A stretch of 64,000 bases of DNA from an uncultured Microthrixaceae bacterium (GCA_963795165.1 CAWCGT010000002.1:269000-332999); one strand, 5' to 3'; positions 18,724-29,291 are shown, numbered from the stretch's first letter. Numbers and translations are program-made. Notes: a model not told the origin generated them from the sequence alone.

Positions 18724-20323
18724 TCAGTCGGGTCCGGAGCCCCCAGCCGCCACCGCCTGGCGTGAGCATGCGGAGGACGTCTCCGGCCTTGAGGCGGAAG
18801 GTGCACTTGTCCGGGATCCGCTTGGCCAGCCGCTCGAAGCCGCCGGGGAGGATCCAGTTCTCCCCCACGGCGCCGGGCCCGCCGCCGGCCAGCCCCCAGG
18901 GCGCGACACCCGTCGCTCGGTGATGAGGCTCAGGGTGCAGTCTTCGAGCACCTCCAGGTCTCGCTCGATGCCCTCGCCGCCGTGCGAGGCCGGCCCCCCG
19001 ATCCCTCGCGCAACCGGTACCGCCGGACCCGCAGGGGATAGGCCCGCTCCAGCGCCTCGATCGGAGTATTTTCGAGTTGGTCATGCCCGTGTGAATTCCC
19101 GACTGGCCCGGGCGCGCCGCAATCGAGCGGTGTCCTTCGTTGACGGTGTTGGTCATCCCGGTGTGGATGCCCGACTGCCCGTGGCGCCACGGCAAGGCGC
19201 CCTCCCCGCCGGCGACCGTCTCGTAGTACACCCAGCCGTCCCCACCGATCAGCACGTTGTTCATGGTCCCCTGCCCGGCGCCGCCCAGCCGGTCGGGCAT
19301 CGCCTGGGCCAGGGCACCGAGGCACACGTCGGCGATGCGCTGGCTGACCTCCACGTTGCCGGCCCCGACGGCAGCCGGCGCCAGCGCGGCCACGATCGAG
19401 CCGGGCGGGGCAGCCACGTGCACGGGTCGCATGGAGCCACCGTTGGCAGGGATGGTCGGGTCGACGGCGGCGCGCAGGGCGAAGGCCACCGCCGACACGG
19501 TGACCGCCTCGACAGCGTTGACGTTGCCCGGCGACTGGCGATCGGTGCCGCTGAAGTCGAACCCGATGCGGTCGCCTGCCACCGTGACGGTCACCCGGAT
19601 GACGGCCGGATGCTGCAGCTCGGGCGCCGCGCCGGTCGAGTCGAGCTGGTCCTCGAAGGTCCACGAGCCGTCGGGCAGCCCGGCCAGCACAGCGCGCATG
19701 CGGCGTTCCCCGTACTCGACCACCTCGGTCAGCGGCTCGCTGGCCAGCGCGGCCAACCGGTGGGCTCCCACGAGGTTGGCGCCGATCTGGGCGTCGAGGT
19801 CGCCCGCCCGCTCCTCCGGCGTCCGGGACGCGGCCAGCAGCAGACCGCGGAGCTCCTCGCTGTAGCGGGTGGGCGGGATCCGGAACCCCTCCTGCTGGAT
19901 CTCGGTGGCGTCGGCGGGGATCGAGCCGGGCGCGGATCCCCCGACGTCGGCGTGGTGCGCCCGGTTGGCCACCCATCCCACCACCTCGCCGGCCACGAAG
20001 GCCGGGGTCACCACGGTGATGTCGTTGAGGTGGGTGCCGCCCGCGAACGGATCGTTGAGGACGACGTGGTCGCCGGGGGCCACCCGCCCGGCGTAGGCCT
20101 CGAGCGCGGCGGCGACCGACGCCGGCATGGACCCCAGGTGGACGGGGATGTGCTCGGCCTGGGCCAGCAGCTCCCCATCGGGGGTGAAGACGGCGGCGGA
20201 GCAGTCGGCCCGCTCCTTGATGTTGGGGCTGGAGGCCGAGCGCCGCAGGATGGCACCCACCTCGTCGGCGATCCCCCCCAGGCGGGAGACCAGCACCTGG
20301 AGGCCGGCGGCATCGAGGCTCAT
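18724..20323 (-). pseudogene. hyuB: Hydantoinase B/oxoprolinase-family protein (frame-disrupted; 3' end uncertain, 18687-18724)
   Basis: MSLDAAGLQVLVSRLGGIADEVG...NIKERADCSAAVFTPDGELLAQAEHIPVHLGSMP...NDPFAGGTHLNDITVV...HTGMTN..ENTPIEALERAYPLRVRRYRLREGSGG...TPGGGGWG, followed across three frames. The ATG at 20323 overlaps the hyuA stop. Confidence 0.8.
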
Positions 20324-22102
20324 CGAGCCCGTCGCAGGAGGAGGGAGCCCGCGGCGCCGGGCTCGGCCCGCCAGCCGCGGGGCACCCAGATGGAGCAGTC
20401 GCGCTCGGCCACCGCCACCGGACCCACCGTGCCGCTGCGCTCGATCGTGGGCAGGGAGGCGGCGGCCACCGGCGCCGGGCAGCGTGGCGCTGGCCCGGAT
20501 GGCGATCACCTCCACCAGCGCGCCAGGGCGGGCGAAGCCGTTGCGGGCGCGGTGGGCGTCGTGGAAGTCCTCGATGGCCCCCACCGTGATCTCGTGGCTC
20601 TGCCCCTCGTAGCGGCAGTCCACGGTCGTGGTGGCGGTCGCCCCCTCTCCCACCAGGCGCTGCGCCTGACGGGCGAGGTCGGCCTGGGCCGCGTCGAGGC
20701 CCGTGCGAACGGCCGGGGTGGGCCAGGAGCGCACGAGGTCGCGCTGGCGGGGTGACGTGAGGAGACCGACTGCCGACAGCACCCCGGCCCGGGCCGGGAT
20801 CACCACCGCGGGCATGTCCAGCGCCTCGGCCAGGGCGCACGCGTGCAGGGGGCCGGCGCCCCCGAAGGCCACCAGGGCCAGGCCGCGAGGGTCCACGCCT
20901 CGCTCCACCGAGACCCGGCGCACGGCCCGCTCCATGGCGGCGTCGACCACCCGGATGACGCCCTCGGCGGTGAGCCCGGCCCGTCCGAGGGCGGCGCGGG
21001 CGGCGTCGACGTCGAGGGCCAGGTCGCCGAAGGCCGCCCCGGCTGGGATCCGGCCGGCGGCCAGGTCGGCGTCGGTGACGGTCGGGGCGCGGCCGCCCCG
21101 CCCGTAGCACGCCGGTCCGGGATCGGCGCCGGCGCTGTGAGGCCCCACCACCAGCGCCCCGCCGGGGTCGAGTCGAGCGATCGACCCACCGCCGGCACCG
21201 ATGGTGTGGATGTCGAGGGCGGGGAAGCGCACGCTGTGGCCCCCCACCGTCCGCCCTGCCGCGGGAGCCGGGGCGCCGCCGAGCACGAGGCACACATCGG
21301 TGCTGGTGCCACCCATGTCGAAGGTGACCGCGTCCGAGAACCCGTTGGCCAGCGCCGCCTCCGCCGCTGCCCGCACCCCACCGGCCGGACCCGACAGCAG
21401 CAGGGCTGCGGGGAGCTCAGCGGCCTCGGCCACCGGCAGCAGTCCCCCGGCCGAGGTCATCACCAGCACCTCGTCGGCCAGCCTCGCCATCCCCCTCAGG
21501 TACTCCCGGCACCGGGGGCGCAGCGTGGCGTTCACCACGGTGGTGGCGGTGCGCTCGTGCTCGCGCATCTCGGGGCTCACCTCGTGGGAGCAGGTGACGT
21601 CGAGGCCCCGGCGGCGGAGCTCGTCGGCCAGAGCCACCTCGTGGCTGGGCTGGAGATCAGCGTGCAGGAGGCACACCGCCACGCCCTCCACCTCCAACGG
21701 GATCGGTGGGATGGCGGCAGGGTCGACGGGCTCCAGCTCCCGGCCGTCGGCGTCGAGACGACCGGGGGCCTCCAACCGCCACGCTCTCCGGACCAACGGG
21801 TCGGGGCGCACCACGGTGCTGTCGTAGAGCGAGGGGCGGTCCTGGCGGCCGATCTCCAGCACGTCGCGCATCCCAGGTGACGTGACGAGGGCCACCGGCG
21901 CCCCGGTGCCCTCGAGGAGGGCGTTGGTGGCCACCGTCGTGCCATGGGCGAGCAGGGCGGGGTGCCCCGAGCCGGCCAGCCCCGACAGCGCCTCCCGCAC
22001 GGCCCGGCCCGGGTCGTCGCGAGAGGACAGGACCTTGGCGATCCGACCGTCCTCCGTCACCACGTCGGTGAAGGTGCCCCCGGTGTCGGCCCCCACGCGC
22101 AT
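20320..22102 (-). pseudogene. hyuA: Hydantoinase A/oxoprolinase-family protein (one frameshift near the 3' end, ~20478)
   Basis: MRVGADTGGTFTDVV...GTTVATNALLE...TFDMGGTSTDV...AFGGAGPLHA. The C-terminus AASLPTIERSGTVGPVAVAERDCSIWVPRGWRAEPGAAGSLLLRRAR* is only readable after removing one extra base in the ggg run at 20477-20479. Confidence 0.8.
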
Positions 22103-22146
22103 GACGGCGACCGTAGCCCTGCGCCCTCGGCGCGCGATGATGCGGG

Positions 22147-22632
22147 ATGGTCCGACGGTGGTCCCGAAGGCGGAGCCGAGACAGCACCCCGCCGACGGAG
22201 CAGGCGGACGACGTCCGGCTCGACGGCGACGACCATGCGTGGTGGGCCAAGAGCGACGTCGACAAGGTGTGGACCCCACGATCGCCCCGGGCGACCGCCG
22301 AGCCTCGCGACGCCGAGCGCGACATCCTGGCCGAGCACTTCGGGGACGACTGGCGCACCAGCTTCGGGTTCACGCCGCCCACCGAGGCAGAGCTGGCCGC
22401 CGAGGCAGCCCGGGAGCAGCAGGCGATCGACGACAAGGATCCCTACAAGGTGCTCCAGGTGGACGAGTCGGCCACGTGGGACGAGATCGTGGCGGCCCAC
22501 CGCCACCAGGCCCGGGCCCACCACCCCGACCGCCTCTTCGGCCAGTCGGACGAGGAGAAGGCCGAGGGCGAGGAGCGCATCCGGGTGATCAACCAGGCCT
22601 ACCAGGAGCTGAGGGTCCGCCGCGGCATGTGA
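22147..22632 (+). CDS. J-domain (DnaJ-like) protein
   Basis: C-terminal DPYKVLQVDESATWDEIVAAHRHQARAHHPDRL...INQAYQELR carries the HPD motif of J domains. Confidence 0.7.
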   Translation: MVRRWSRRRSRDSTPPTEQADDVRLDGDDHAWWAKSDVDKVWTPRSPRATAEPRDAERDILAEHFGDDWRTSFGFTPPTEAELAAEAAREQQAIDDKDPYKVLQVDESATWDEIVAAHRHQARAHHPDRLFGQSDEEKAEGEERIRVINQAYQELRVRRGM

Positions 22633-22643
22633 CCCTCCCACGA

Positions 22644-23696
22644 TCACAGATCGTGGGGGGTGGGGACGAGGAGGACGTGCTCGGGTCCGAGGTGGTCTTC
22701 CAGCGAGCGGACGAGGCGACCGACCGACTCGTCGTCGTGGTCCCACACCACCACCGCGGCGTCGACCTGGCGGGCCAGCCACGCGTCGCGGCGGGCCAGG
22801 GCCGCCCCGGCCAGCTGCTTGCTGCCCGGTGAGCGCTTCTCCAGGGTGAGGGCCACCTCGGCGGCGTCGACCAGCTCCGCGAAGCGCGCCCGGGCCTCGG
22901 CCGGCCACGGCTTGTCGGGCTCCGGGAACGGCAGGACGGCCACCAGCGGCAGATCGAGCGCCAGCGCCGCCTCAGCGCCGAGCTGCTCGGCGCCGAGGCG
23001 CAGGCCGCTCACGACGGCCAGCGGGCCGTCCACCTCCACCATGGCCGCCAGGGTCTCCTGGATGCGCTGGAGCACGCCGTCGGCCACCGGGTTGGGGCCG
23101 TAGCCGCCCAGCTCGCCGGGACGGTGGCCGGCCACGAGGACCAACCGACCGGCCGGCAGGCGCTTGTCGCGGCCCGACGCGGCGGGCGCCAGCGAGTCCG
23201 GGGGGCCGAGGTCCGCAGGCTCGCCGTCGCCGGTGCGACCCTCCTGCGTGAGGGCGGCCTCCACGGCCAGGCGGTCGACGAGATCGTTCATGGGATCGCC
23301 GGCGTGGCCCTTCACCCACCGGAAGGTCACGTCGCCCCGCTCGAGCACCAGCTCGATGAACGGCTCCCAGAGATCCCGGTTGGCCACGGGCTCCCGCTTG
23401 GAGTTCCGCCACCCCCGCTTCACCCACCCCTCGTGCCAGCGGTCCCGGAAGCAGTTGACGACGTAGGTCGAGTCGCTGACCACCTCCAGGCGCCCCTCGA
23501 TGCCCCGCACGGCCTCCAGGGCGGCGGTGATCTCCATCCGCTGGTTGGTGGTCTGACCCGCGGCCCCCGACGCGAACCGCCCCCCGGGGACGGCCCAGGC
23601 CCAGCCGCCCGGCCCAGGGTTCCCCGAGCAGGCGCCATCGGTGTAGGCCACCGTCGCGTTGCCAGCAGATGAAGTCACCGGGGGATGGTGGCGCAT
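22644..23696 (-). CDS. rnhA: RNase HI fused to a YpsA/DUF1273-type SLOG domain
   Basis: N-terminal half: [18 protein letters not shown]...[13 protein letters not shown]...[10 protein letters not shown]...[17 protein letters not shown] (RNase HI DEDD residues). C-terminal half: [15 protein letters not shown]...[20 protein letters not shown]...[13 protein letters not shown]...[19 protein letters not shown]. This parallels B. subtilis YpsA motifs as I recall them (ITGYKPFELG, ISGQLGVELWAAEAA, ITPF..W). Confidence 0.8.
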   Translation of the reverse strand: MRHHPPVTSSAGNATVAYTDGACSGNPGPGGWAWAVPGGRFASGAAGQTTNQRMEITAALEAVRGIEGRLEVVSDSTYVVNCFRDRWHEGWVKRGWRNSKREPVANRDLWEPFIELVLERGDVTFRWVKGHAGDPMNDLVDRLAVEAALTQEGRTGDGEPADLGPPDSLAPAASGRDKRLPAGRLVLVAGHRPGELGGYGPNPVADGVLQRIQETLAAMVEVDGPLAVVSGLRLGAEQLGAEAALALDLPLVAVLPFPEPDKPWPAEARARFAELVDAAEVALTLEKRSPGSKQLAGAALARRDAWLARQVDAAVVVWDHDDESVGRLVRSLEDHLGPEHVLLVPTPHDL

Positions 23697-23725
23697 CCCG
23701 GCGCCAGAGGCGAGATAGTGGAGGC

Positions 23726-26423
23726 ATGATCATCGACGGCTTCGTCCACCAGCTCCCCGACACGGACCCGGACGAGACGCAGGAGTGGCTCGACTCGTTC
23801 GACGCCGTGGCCGACACCCACGGCAAGACCCGAGCCCGCTACCTGATGTCCAAGCTGCTCGTGCGGGCGCGCGAGCTCCAGGTCGGCACGCCCGCCACCG
23901 TGTCCACCCCCTACGTCAACACCATCCCGCCGGAAGAGGAGCCCTTCTTCCCCGGCGACGAGGACATCGAGCGCCGCATCCGCTCGTTCATCCGCTGGAA
24001 CGCCGCCGTGATGGTGGTGAAGGCCAACAAGCACGCCGACGGGATCGGCGGTCACCTGGCCACCTTCGCCAGCTCGGCGGCGCTCTACGAGGTGGGGTTC
24101 AACCACTTCTTCCGCGGCAAGGACGACGGCCTGGCCGGCGACCACATCTACTTCCAGGGCCACGCGGCACCCGGCATCTACGCCCGGGCCTTCCTCGAGG
24201 GCCGCCTCACCGAGGACCAGCTCGACCGCTTCCGCCGCGAGGTGGGTGGCGGCGGGCTGTCGTCGTACCCCCACCCCCGCCTGATGCCGGACTTCTGGGA
24301 GTACCCCACCGTGTCCATGGGCCTGGGTCCGCTGTGCTCCATCTACCAGGCTCGGTTCAACAAGTACCTCCACAACCGCAAGCTGGAGGACACGTCCCAG
24401 AGCCGGGTGTGGTGCTTCATCGGCGACGGGGAGTGCGACGAGCCCGAGACGTTGGGCTCGATCTCCCTCGCCGCTCGCGAGGGGCTCGACAACCTCACCT
24501 GGGTGGTCAACTGCAACCTGCAGCGCCTCGACGGGCCCGTGCGCGGCAACGGGAAGATCATCCAGGAGCTGGAGGCCGTCTTCCGCGGGGCGGGCTGGAA
24601 CGTCATCAAGGTGGTGTGGGGGGGCAAGTGGGACGAGCTGCTGCTCCGCGACGTCGACGGCGTGCTCCTCAACAAGATGAACGCCACCGTCGACGGCGAG
24701 TTCCAGCGCTACGCCGTCGAGTCGGGGGCCTTCGCCCGCGAGCACTTCTTCGGGCCCGACCCCCGCCTCCGCAAGCTGGTGGACCACCTCTCCGACGAGG
24801 AGATCCGCAACCTCCCCCGCGGTGGCCACGACTACCGGAAGCTCTACGCCGCCTACAAGGCCGCCACCGAGCAGCCCGGGGCGCCCACCGTCATCCTGGC
24901 CAAGACCATCAAGGGCTGGACGCTCGGCCCCGACGTGGAGGGCCGCAACGCCACCCACCAGATCAAGAAGATGACCACCGACCAGCTCCTCACGCTCCGG
25001 GAGCGGCTGCACCTCCAAGAGGAGGTGCCGGAGGCGTCGCTGGCCGACGACACGGAGCCGCCCTACATCACCCTGGAGGAGGGCTCCGAGATCCTCGAGT
25101 ACATGAAGGAGCGGCGCCGGGCCCTCGACGGCTCCCTCCCCCGCCGAGTGGTGCGCACCAAGCGAAAGCTCGAGCTCCCGGCCACGGAGGCCTTCGACGA
25201 GGTGCTGGCCGGGTCGGGCAAGCAGGCGGCGTCCACCACCACCGCCTTCACCCGGCTGCTGCGCAACCTCTGCCGCGACCCGAAGCTTCGGACCCCGGGT
25301 GGTGCCGATCATCCCGGACGAGGCCCGCACCTTCGGGATGGACGCCCTCTTCAAGGAGTTCCACATCTACGCCTCGCAGGGTCAGCAGTACGAACCCGTC
25401 GATGCATCGCTCCTGCTGTCCTACACAGAGAGCCAGAGCGGCCAGATCCTCGAGGAGGGCATCACCGAAGCAGGCTCGATGGCCAGCTTCATCGCCGCCG
25501 GCACCAGCTACGCCACCCAGGGCGTGCCGATGGTGCCCTTCTTCACCTTCTACTCCATGTTCGGCTGGCAGCGGGTGGGAGACCTCATCTGGCAGGCCAG
25601 CGACGCCCGAGCCCGCGGCTTCCTCCTGGGCGCCACCGCCGGACGCACCACGCTGCTGGGTGAGGGCCTCCAGCACCAGGACGGCCACAGCCTCCTGCTG
25701 GCGTCCGTCAACCCCGCCGCCGAGGCCTACGACCCAGCCTTCGCCTACGAGGTGGCCACCCTCGTGCGCGACGGGCTGCGGCGCATGTGGCTCGACGACG
25801 AGGACGTCATCTACTACCTGACCCTGTACAACGAGAACCAGATCATGCCCGCCATGCCCGACGACGTGGCCACGGGTGTGATCGAGGGCCTCTACCGCTG
25901 GTCAAACGCTCCCGACGGCACCGCCCATCGGGCCACCATCCTGTTCTCAGGGTCAGCCAACCTGGCGGCACGGGAAGCGCAGGCCCAGCTGGCCGAGCAC
26001 TACGACGTCGGCGCCGACCTCTACTCGGCCACCAGCTACAAGCGGCTCCGGGAGCAGGCGCTCACCACCGAGCGGTGGAGCCGGCTCCACCCGGACCAGC
26101 CAGCCCGCACCCCGCGAGTGACGGAGATCCTCGAGGGAGATGGGCCGGTGGTGGCAGTGACCGACTTCATGAAGGCGGTGCCCGACCAGATCGCGCGCTG
26201 GGTGCCCTCGCACCGCAGCTTCACCCCCCTCGGCACCGACGGGTTCGGCCGCAGCGACACCCGCGAAGCCTTGCGCCGTCACTTCGAGACCGACGCCCCC
26301 CACGTCGTGGTGGCCGTGCTCTCGGCCCTGGCCACGGCGGGGGAGGTGAAGCCGGAGGTGGTGCAGGACGCCATCGACCGCTACGGGCTCGAGCCGGATC
26401 GCATCGACCCCCGGCTGGCGTAG
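23726..26423 (+). pseudogene. aceE: Pyruvate dehydrogenase E1 component, homodimeric type (single frameshift at ~25287)
   Basis: [12 protein letters not shown]...[24 protein letters not shown]...[11 protein letters not shown]...[22 protein letters not shown] (ORF 23669..25663). It continues in ORF 25299..26423 ([15 protein letters not shown]...[11 protein letters not shown]...). Removing one t in aagcttcgg (25287/25288) restores [10 protein letters not shown]. Confidence 0.9.
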
Positions 26424-27484
26424 CTGTACAGGGCCACCCGGGCCCCGTCCTTGGCCACCTCCACCTCTGACCCGCCGTCGAAGGTCTCGCCATCGGCGGC
26501 CAGGCGCAGGCTCCCGTCGTCGGATCGCACGTGGAGGCTCGTGCTGGCCCACTGGCGGTAGACGGGGCTGTGCCCGAGGCGGCCGGTCGCCAGGCCCAGC
26601 ACCAGGCGGACGCGCGACCACGGATGGCCGGCGTCGATGAGCCGGATGTCGAGCTGACCGTCGTCGAGGCGCTCCCGCCGCGACGGGGCGAACCCATCGG
26701 GCCGGTACCGGCAGTTGCCGATGAAGATCATCCAGAGGAGCCGGCGCTCCCCGTCGAGCTCCACCTCGATCGGGGTGCCCTTCCGCAGGACCCGGGTGGC
26801 GGCCACCGCCATGGCTGGCCACTTGCCGATCCGATCCTCGAGGGCTTCCCGCTTGTCGACCAGCTCGGCGTAGGAGCCGAAGCTGGCGGTGTTCAGGAAG
26901 GGCCGGCCATCGATCCGCGGCAGGTCGACCTCCACGGCGTGACCGCCGGCGACCGCTCGGGCGGTGTCGGCGGGGTCGCCCAGCCCCAGATCGCGCGCCA
27001 GGTGGTTGAGCGTGCCGCCCGGGATGGCCACCAGGGGGAGCTTGTGGTCCACGGCGACGGAGGCCGCCCAGCTGAGGGTGCCGTCGCCGCCGCACGCCCC
27101 GATGGCGGCGATGTCGGGGCGGATGGCCGCCTCCTGCAGCACCCGCTCGAGGTCGCCGGCGTCATCGAGCTCCACCACCTCGGCGTCGGGTAGGAGGTCG
27201 CGCAGCTCGTCGGCCGTCTCCGACCCGGACGAGCCCGCACCCGGGTTGACGGCGATGAAGATGCCGCGCCCGCTGGGGTTCGGCGCCAGGTCGAGCTCCC
27301 GCGCCTCGCGCACCTGGGCCGGCCGTCGCTTGTGCCGCCGCCACGCGAACAGACGCACCGAGGCCACCCCGGCCACAGCCGCCATGGCCAACGACGCACG
27401 ACGACGGCGACCAGGCACGGCCGCACCGTACCCAGACCAGACAGATCCGAGCCCCGCTGCCCGTGGTGCAGGACCGTCCCTCAC
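26381..27484 (-). CDS. Diacylglycerol-kinase-family lipid kinase (YegS/BmrU-like) with N-terminal TM anchor
   Basis: GIFIAVNPGAGSSG...IAAIGACGGDGTLSWAA...LPLVAIPGGTLNHLARDLG is typical of the DAGK catalytic domain. Its 3' end overlaps the aceE 3' end by ~40 nt (convergent). Confidence 0.75.
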   Translation of the reverse strand: MRDGPAPRAAGLGSVWSGYGAAVPGRRRRASLAMAAVAGVASVRLFAWRRHKRRPAQVREARELDLAPNPSGRGIFIAVNPGAGSSGSETADELRDLLPDAEVVELDDAGDLERVLQEAAIRPDIAAIGACGGDGTLSWAASVAVDHKLPLVAIPGGTLNHLARDLGLGDPADTARAVAGGHAVEVDLPRIDGRPFLNTASFGSYAELVDKREALEDRIGKWPAMAVAATRVLRKGTPIEVELDGERRLLWMIFIGNCRYRPDGFAPSRRERLDDGQLDIRLIDAGHPWSRVRLVLGLATGRLGHSPVYRQWASTSLHVRSDDGSLRLAADGETFDGGSEVEVAKDGARVALYSYASRGSMRSGSSP

Positions 27485-27512
27485 CCGGACGCACCCCTAC
27501 GATCTACAGCCG

Positions 27513-28652
27513 GTGAGCGATCAAGGGATCGAGGCGTGGACGGCGGCCGGGTTGTACGACCCCGACGAGGCGCGCGCCGACGATCGGTTGGGGCTCCTCC
27601 GGTGGCTCGACGAGCAGGGGATCACGCTCGAGGAGATGGTCCGGGCCGACGCGGAGGGTCGCCTCTTTGCTGTCGTCGGCGACAAGATCTTGCGGGGCAC
27701 AGACCCTCGCCTGGCGGGTGAGGAGTGCGCAGCTGCCGCCGGGATGCCCGGAAGCCGGTTCCTGGACCTCTGGCGAGCACTCGGGTTCTCCGACCCCGGG
27801 CCGGATGACCCGTTGCTCACCGAAGCCGAAGCGGCCACGTTCTCGGTCGTCGCGGTCGCGGATTCGGTCCTCGGGGTGCACGGATCGAACCGACTGGCCG
27901 TGACCATCAGCCGCGCCATGCGGATCATCGCCGAGGCCACCAACACGGCGTTCATCGAGGCCGACGACACCACGCTGCTGGCTCGGTCCGGCAGCGAGCT
28001 GGCGTCCGCGCAGGTGGACGCCCTCTACGACGGGATGATCCCGTCGTTCCACCGCTGGCTCCTCGTCCTCCATGCACTCCACCACGAGTCATCGAACCGG
28101 CATCTCGAGCTGGCGTTCGAGCTCGGCGACCGTCACGACCAGGCGGTGCGCCTGGCCGTTGGCTTCGCCGACGTCTCGGGGTACACGTCGCTGTCGAACC
28201 GGCTTCCCGGCGCCGACTTCGCCGCGCTGGTCTCTGCGTTCGAGCAGTGGGCAGCGGAGGAGGTTCGCCGGTGCGGCGCCCACCTGGCGAAGACCCTCGG
28301 GGACGGGCTCATGATCGTGGGATCGGTCGAATCTGTGGCGCACGCCGCCGTTGGGCTCACCCGCCCCGAGGCGGCGCCGGCGGGCCTCCGTCTCCACGCC
28401 GGCGTCTCCTACGGCCCGGTGCTGGCCGTCGGGGGCGACTACTTCGGACCGACCGTCAACCTCGCGGCGCGCCTCTGTGGCGTCGCGACCGATGGCGAGG
28501 TGCTCGCCGACGCCAGCGTTGCGACAGCCTGGCGGACGTCTGGTGCGGTCACCCCCTCCGGCAGCCGGGCGCTCAAGGGCTTCGATCGACCGGTGGACGT
28601 GTGGGCGCTCGAGCTCACGACGGCTCGCCCGGCGGGTCGGCGCCCAACATGA
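27513..28652 (+). CDS. Class III adenylyl cyclase with Rv1264-type N-terminal regulatory domain
   Basis: N-terminus RLGLLRWLDEQGITLEEMVRA resembles the Rv1264 regulatory domain (..LVEWLLEQGITPDEIRA.., from memory). Catalytic part: VRLAVGFADVSGYTSL...AKTLGDGLMIVG...GDYFGPTVNLAARL. GTG start at 27513. Confidence 0.75.
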   Translation: MSDQGIEAWTAAGLYDPDEARADDRLGLLRWLDEQGITLEEMVRADAEGRLFAVVGDKILRGTDPRLAGEECAAAAGMPGSRFLDLWRALGFSDPGPDDPLLTEAEAATFSVVAVADSVLGVHGSNRLAVTISRAMRIIAEATNTAFIEADDTTLLARSGSELASAQVDALYDGMIPSFHRWLLVLHALHHESSNRHLELAFELGDRHDQAVRLAVGFADVSGYTSLSNRLPGADFAALVSAFEQWAAEEVRRCGAHLAKTLGDGLMIVGSVESVAHAAVGLTRPEAAPAGLRLHAGVSYGPVLAVGGDYFGPTVNLAARLCGVATDGEVLADASVATAWRTSGAVTPSGSRALKGFDRPVDVWALELTTARPAGRRPT

Positions 28653-28712
28653 CGGCGGACTGCACACGGGAGCCCTGACTCGGATGACGCGACGCCGTAC
28701 GATCACGGATCC

Positions 28713-29291
28713 ATGAAGGGCACCCTGGCCGTGACCGGCGACCCCGAGGCCGACCACCTCCTCAACACGGACCCGCTCGCGGCCCTCATCGGCATGCTGC
28801 TGGACCAGCAGGTGCCCATGGAGTGGGCCTTCTCCTCCCCCCACCGGCTCAGGGAGCGGCTCGGCGGTCGCCTCGACGCCGCCGCCATCGCCGCCATGCC
28901 GCTGGAGGAGCTCGAGGCGGCCTTCAAGGGCCCACCGGCCCTCCACCGCTACCCGGGATCGATGGCCAAGCGGGCACAGCAGCTGTGCCAGCACCTCGTG
29001 GATCACCACGGCGGCCGAGCCGAGGCCGTGTGGACCGGCGTCGCCTCCGGCCCGGAGCTCTTCGACCGGCTGCGGGCCCTCCCCGGGTTCGGCGGGGAGA
29101 AGGCGAAGATCTTCCTGGCCGTGCTGGCCAAGCGCTTCGGCATACGGCCCGAGGGTTGGGAGGAACCAGCCCACCCGTTCTCCGACGACACCCGCCGGTC
29201 GGTGGCCGATGTCGACTCGCCCGAGTCGCTGCTCGAGGTCCGGGCCTTCAAGAAGAGGATGAAGGCCGAGGGCAAGGGCAAGGACGGGTGA
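28713..29291 (+). CDS. HhH-GPD-type (base-excision-repair-like) protein, ~190-aa family
   Basis: DPEADHLLNTDPLAALIGMLLDQQVPMEWAFSSP...LRALPGFGGEKAKIFLAVL (helix-hairpin-helix GxG). Intact ORF. Confidence 0.65.
   Translation: MKGTLAVTGDPEADHLLNTDPLAALIGMLLDQQVPMEWAFSSPHRLRERLGGRLDAAAIAAMPLEELEAAFKGPPALHRYPGSMAKRAQQLCQHLVDHHGGRAEAVWTGVASGPELFDRLRALPGFGGEKAKIFLAVLAKRFGIRPEGWEEPAHPFSDDTRRSVADVDSPESLLEVRAFKKRMKAEGKGKDG

Noticed and set aside
19091-19118. EcoRI (gaattc), SmaI (cccggg) and AscI (ggcgcgcc) sites within ~30 nt, resembling a cloning polylinker or vector remnant
   Set aside because: CCCGGG and GGCGCGCC are common in DNA of this composition, and a few GAATTC sites are expected in 64 kb. 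The segment is in frame with, and encodes, the conserved HyuB motif, so vector contamination is unlikely. The local anomaly is reported instead as the 72-nt duplication.
17558-22279. 1573-aa ORF that could be read as a giant multi-domain hydantoinase-amidohydrolase fusion protein
   Set aside because: Following conserved motifs shows three separate genes with overlapping stop/start codons. The single ORF exists only because indels switch frames and GC-rich frames lack stops. Parts of it translate to Arg/Pro/Gly-rich junk.
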